Source: an uncultured Gammaproteobacteria bacterium (GTDB lineage: Bacteria; Patescibacteriota; Patescibacteriia; UBA1558; 2-01-FULL-52-15). From it: DNA of 64,000 nt. Numbering within the stretch: position 1 is the stretch's first letter; every line of letters begins with the position of its first letter. The notes under the pieces are model-generated. The model saw nothing but the letters and a program-made list of their open reading frames with translations, ran no database searches and was not told the DNA's origin. The stretch spans positions 11,397-75,396 of the forward strand of contig CAYRBH010000003.1 of NCBI GenBank assembly GCA_964422585.1, in the 5' to 3' direction. Shown piece by piece: positions 60,312-64,000 of this stretch. The translations under genes were made by a program, and so were the position numbers.

Positions 60312-61331
60312 TTAGAACGGAAGGGATCTTCGTATCTGCCGCAGGTACTCGTACCCCTGATACCAGAGCGGATTATAGAGATAGTCATAACAACCGATTG
60401 ATTCAACGACGGCGCCATTGAAACCATCTTTGAATCGGGTGACATTCTCCAATGAGTCTTGTGTCCCGTCGGATGGCGCGACGCCCCAGAAGTCATAGTA
60501 GTTCATTCCTGAATCTATGGATTTCACGATAGCGTCCCATTGTAAGAGATACGGCGCCATCAGGTTGCGATACTCATAATTGAAGCCGCCATGAAGATAG
60601 GTCATGGTCGGGAAGTGCGCGATATACAGATTTGCGGCAATAGGGATTTGTTCATGATAGGCTGTCGCGACCCAGACGACATTCTTATCTGTATCAGCTT
60701 CGAGCATTTTCAGGAAGTAGTTGCGATCATGTGATCGCAACTTCTGTCGGCGATTCGTCTGTTCATAGATTGTATAGAACTGCTTGATCGCTTTCTCATC
60801 CTGTGCCCAATTGATGGTGATACCTTTTTTTTCGGCGAGCCGTATATTATAACGGGTTTTCTCTTTGAAGGTCATGATTAATTCTTCCTTCGGTGTATTC
60901 AGCGTCAGGTAGCTCGTCGCTTTTGGTTGTATCGATTTGGAAGCTTTCACCGGGATGCTGAGTATCGAGGGTAATGGGATATTTGGTTCGAGGCGACAGA
61001 AGATCTCTTCACGTCGCCGTGTCGCGATCGTGATGTCTCGGATCTGGCTCAAGATGAGTTCAAGTGCTTCTCTCCGTTGTTCTTCGTCCAGATTGGGAGC
61101 GAAGATGGGACCTTTCGGGGCATAGAGATAGCTTTTTCCCAAGGGCAAATTGTTCGTATGGATGAGACAATGGGCGATGAGCCGATGTTCATCATCATAG
61201 ACATTGAGCTGCCAGTTTTTTTTACCTTGTAAGCTCAGGAAGCGCTTCCAGAATCTTGATTGCAAGAATGAGCCGAGCGGAAATTGCTCGAGGAACTCGT
61301 CATAGTTGTGCGCATTCATCGTGACATCCAT
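60312..61331 (-). CDS. FemABX-family peptidoglycan interpeptide-bridge transferase
   Basis: SFLQSRFW, YAPKGP, KTRYNIRLAEKKG, APYLLQW, YDFWGV, RFKDGFNG. Confidence 0.92.
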   Translation of the reverse strand: MDVTMNAHNYDEFLEQFPLGSFLQSRFWKRFLSLQGKKNWQLNVYDDEHRLIAHCLIHTNNLPLGKSYLYAPKGPIFAPNLDEEQRREALELILSQIRDITIATRRREEIFCRLEPNIPLPSILSIPVKASKSIQPKATSYLTLNTPKEELIMTFKEKTRYNIRLAEKKGITINWAQDEKAIKQFYTIYEQTNRRQKLRSHDRNYFLKMLEADTDKNVVWVATAYHEQIPIAANLYIAHFPTMTYLHGGFNYEYRNLMAPYLLQWDAIVKSIDSGMNYYDFWGVAPSDGTQDSLENVTRFKDGFNGAVVESIGCYDYLYNPLWYQGYEYLRQIRRSLPF

Positions 61332-61333
61332 AG

Positions 61334-61924
61334 CTATTGCGACTTTCCTTGGCTTAGGATCCTGAGAGCCTCCTTTATTTTATCAGATAATTCGGTCGCC
61401 TCTGGCGGGATGATGCGAAGTGCTTTCCTGATCTCACTTTCTTTATAACCGAGCGACATTAACGCTTCCATGAGCTGCACATTCTCAGTAATGGAAAGAC
61501 CAGCTTTCTCTTCCTGACTGGTGACCGTTATTTTTTCTTTGAGCTCAACGATGATGCGTTCCGCGGTTTTCTTGCCGATATTCGAAACTTTCTGTAGCAG
61601 CCCTGGGTCACCATGTATAATCGCTTTTTTGATATCTGTCAGTGGAGCGACAGAGAGGACGCCTAGAGCGCTTTTCGGTCCCACGCCTGAAATACCAATG
61701 AGGCGTTCGAAGAAATCCAGCTCATCAAGGTTCGGGAATCCATAGAGCTCTATCGCGTCTTCACGCACGTGTGTGTAAATGAAAAAGGCGACTTCCTGAT
61801 TGAGCCCTAATGCCTCTAACATATGTCCGGTAGTATAGACGCGGTAACCGGTCGCATCATTCACTAGCAGTATGGTATAACGGTCTTTCTTCGCCAGGAT
61901 CGTGCCTTTGAGGTAGCTTATCAT
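61334..61924 (-). CDS. ruvA: Holliday junction branch migration protein RuvA
   Basis: MISYLKG, HVREDAIELYGF, ISGVGPKSAL, IGKKTAERIIVELK, ALMSLGY. Confidence 0.97.
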   Translation of the reverse strand: MISYLKGTILAKKDRYTILLVNDATGYRVYTTGHMLEALGLNQEVAFFIYTHVREDAIELYGFPNLDELDFFERLIGISGVGPKSALGVLSVAPLTDIKKAIIHGDPGLLQKVSNIGKKTAERIIVELKEKITVTSQEEKAGLSITENVQLMEALMSLGYKESEIRKALRIIPPEATELSDKIKEALRILSQGKSQ

Positions 61925-62003
61925 AGCACCATTTAATCACCCTTTGGCTAAAAAATCAATAAAAATAGTAGCTGAGGACTGCTACCAAAAGATACTTCCG
62001 TAG

Positions 62004-62819
62004 TTAATTTAAATTGGCAATGCCACGGTAGAGGCGAACTTCATCATACACCCCTATGAAAGAAGCGGCGCCACCACCGCCAATGGTTTTCGAGGAGGTA
62101 TTGCTGATTGAACCTGGTTGAGAAGCTATGCTAACAGGAGACGCGGGGGTTTGTTTTTTACCATCGACATAAATATCGCAATTACCGGAGCGTTTGTATT
62201 GTACGAGGTAATGATGCCATTTATTATCGGTGATGGGGACCATGATAGGCCCACTGGCAGAGGCAGAGCCATCAGAAAGATAACACACATCTTGATAGGG
62301 GGTTGCTCCTTGCGCAAAGTAGTAGAGTCCAAAACCTGCTGAACCAGCACCGCTGAAATTTTGGAACATATATGCTCCCGATGGAGGGAGCGCGCTTGTT
62401 CTAAAATAAAAAGTAAGCGTAAAATCATCAGTGCCAATGTTAAAGTCTTTGTACGTTGGTCCTGCGCCCGGCGCCAAGTAGACGGAGTCGCTCGAGCTAT
62501 TGATGGAATAGCAGCCTCCTGACATGCAACTGCTGCCAGATAGCCAATGCGACGGGTTATTCGTTGTCGCGGCGCCATTGTAGCCATCATTCGAGGTATC
62601 GTTTGCGTTGCGATCAAGCTTCCACTCGGCGATAATATTTGAACCGAGAGCTCGGCGTATTTGCGTATCGAATGAGATTATCGATGCAATGCGGGCTTTT
62701 TCTTTGGCTGTAGAAAGGCCGACCATGGCAATGGCAGCAATGATTCCAATAATAGCGATGACGGCCATGAGTTCAATCAGGCTGAAACCCCGAGTTCGAA
62801 GCAGTCGGTAGGTATGCAT
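62004..62819 (-). CDS. Type IV pilin with C-terminal LamG/ConA-like domain
   Basis: G|FSLIELMAVIAIIGI; AEWKLD...DNKWHH...IYVDG...DEVRLY. Confidence 0.88.
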   Translation of the reverse strand: MHTYRLLRTRGFSLIELMAVIAIIGIIAAIAMVGLSTAKEKARIASIISFDTQIRRALGSNIIAEWKLDRNANDTSNDGYNGAATTNNPSHWLSGSSCMSGGCYSINSSSDSVYLAPGAGPTYKDFNIGTDDFTLTFYFRTSALPPSGAYMFQNFSGAGSAGFGLYYFAQGATPYQDVCYLSDGSASASGPIMVPITDNKWHHYLVQYKRSGNCDIYVDGKKQTPASPVSIASQPGSISNTSSKTIGGGGAASFIGVYDEVRLYRGIANLN

Positions 62820-62922
62820 TGCTATAGTGTAACATGTATCTTGCTAGATAATCAAAGCAGATGTCGGATTGGTATGATGGATTTGACTAGTTTCGTCTGC
62901 TCCCCTATGGTAGTATTCTGAT

Positions 62923-64000
62923 ATGCAAAAAAAGAGTTTCAGTTTAGAGTCACTGTATAAGCCTACCGGCGATCAGCCGCAGGCGATTGAAAAATTGATC
63001 AAAGGCATTTCGAAAAAACTGGATAAGCAGGTCTTAGTCGGTGTGACTGGCTCTGGTAAGACGTTCACTATCGCGAATGTCATAGCGCAAACGCAGCGGC
63101 CGACTTTGGTTATCTCACATAATAAAACTCTGGCAGCACAGCTCGCGAGTGAATTTCAGGATTTTTTTCCGAATAATGCCGTGCATTACTTTGTATCCTA
63201 CTATGATTACTATCAGCCAGAAGCATATTTGCCCACGACCGATACGCACATAGATAAAGAAACGCAGATCAATGAAGAGATTGACCGGCTTCGTCACGCG
63301 GCAACGCAGGCAGTGTTAACGCGGCGCGATGTGATCATCGTTGCATCGGTCTCCTGCATCTACGGCCTTGGTGATCCTGAGGATTATTCGAAGGTGCGGC
63401 TTGAGCTCGAGATAGGTAAAGACTATTCGATGGATAAGATATTGAAACAGCTTCAGTATTTGCAGTATAAGCGCAATGACACGGCTTTGGTGCGCGGTAC
63501 GTACTCAGTGAAAGGTGAAGTAGTAGAAATTTTCGCTTCAAGTGATGCAGAATCATTCTATCGTTTAGAATTCTATGGCTCCAAGCTTGAAAAGATCAAG
63601 CGCGTACACTATGTGACTCGTGATGTACAGGACGCATCCTTGAAAGAAGTTTCTATTTTTCCCGCAAAACATTATTTAGCGCCGCAAGAAACGGTGCCTG
63701 AAATACTCGATGAGATACGCACTGATTTGCGGGAGCGTATCGCCTATTTCAAATCGCAGAATAAACTTATCGAGGCGCAACGCATCGAGGAACGGGTAAG
63801 TTTCGATTTGGAAATGATCGAGACGGTCGGTTACTGTAATGGCATTGAGAATTATTCCCGCTACTTTGACCGCAGGGCGCCGGGATTGCCGCCAGCGACC
63901 TTGCTGGAATATTTTCCGGATGATTTCTTATTAGTCGTCGATGAATCGCATATTACCTTGCCGCAGATACGCGGTATGTATAATGGCGACCGTGCGCGCA
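62923..64000 (+). CDS. uvrB: Excinuclease ABC subunit B, 3'-truncated by the window edge (absent from the ORF track)
   Basis: Hand translation gives MQKKSFSL...PTGDQPQAI...GVTGSGKTFT...HNKTLAAQL...FVSYYDYYQPEAY...GIENYSRY...VDESH. Confidence 0.96.
   Translation, partial: MQKKSFSLESLYKPTGDQPQAIEKLIKGISKKLDKQVLVGVTGSGKTFTIANVIAQTQRPTLVISHNKTLAAQLASEFQDFFPNNAVHYFVSYYDYYQPEAYLPTTDTHIDKETQINEEIDRLRHAATQAVLTRRDVIIVASVSCIYGLGDPEDYSKVRLELEIGKDYSMDKILKQLQYLQYKRNDTALVRGTYSVKGEVVEIFASSDAESFYRLEFYGSKLEKIKRVHYVTRDVQDASLKEVSIFPAKHYLAPQETVPEILDEIRTDLRERIAYFKSQNKLIEAQRIEERVSFDLEMIETVGYCNGIENYSRYFDRRAPGLPPATLLEYFPDDFLLVVDESHITLPQIRGMYNGDRAR

Noticed and set aside
63115-63556. Two short minus-strand ORFs at the window end
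   Set aside because: Antisense to the truncated uvrB, which the ORF track missed because it has no stop in the window.

Overview
A gene-dense chromosomal segment (genetic code 11) with a Patescibacteria/CPR (Parcubacteria/ABY1-like) character; this assignment is inferred from gene content and protein style, not from a database search. Left to right: a truncated giant Ser/Thr-rich surface protein ending in a WxL-like domain, then a twice-repeated pair of [Ig-domain membrane-anchored protein + small 3-TM protein]; an O-antigen-ligase/TPR gene; a coupled zwf-gnd-tkt-tal operon ending in a cyclase-family hydrolase instead of pgl; small metabolic, repair and nucleotide-sanitising genes; an AT-rich pair of genes next to tRNA-Ser(CGA), including a presenilin/SPP-like GxGD protease candidate; a type IV pilus locus (pilB, pilC, three minor pilins) with an O-OTase-like gene and a flippase; recA, a RodZ-like gene and ftsK; rpoBC with its own promoter and long leader; cell-wall enzymes; rarA; two divergent acyl-carrier-protein-like paralogs, one lacking the phosphopantetheine serine; ruvA; a LamG pilin; and a truncated uvrB. 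No rRNA, CRISPR array, integrase or transposase was seen. Best leads: the WxL/Ig-anchor/3-TM surface module, the ACP/pseudo-ACP pair, the cyclase as a candidate missing lactonase, the SPP-like protease, a domain insertion in a giant minor pilin, structured leaders of the RRM gene and rpoB, and a contrast between short-leader, SD-less core genes and scattered SD-led orphan genes.
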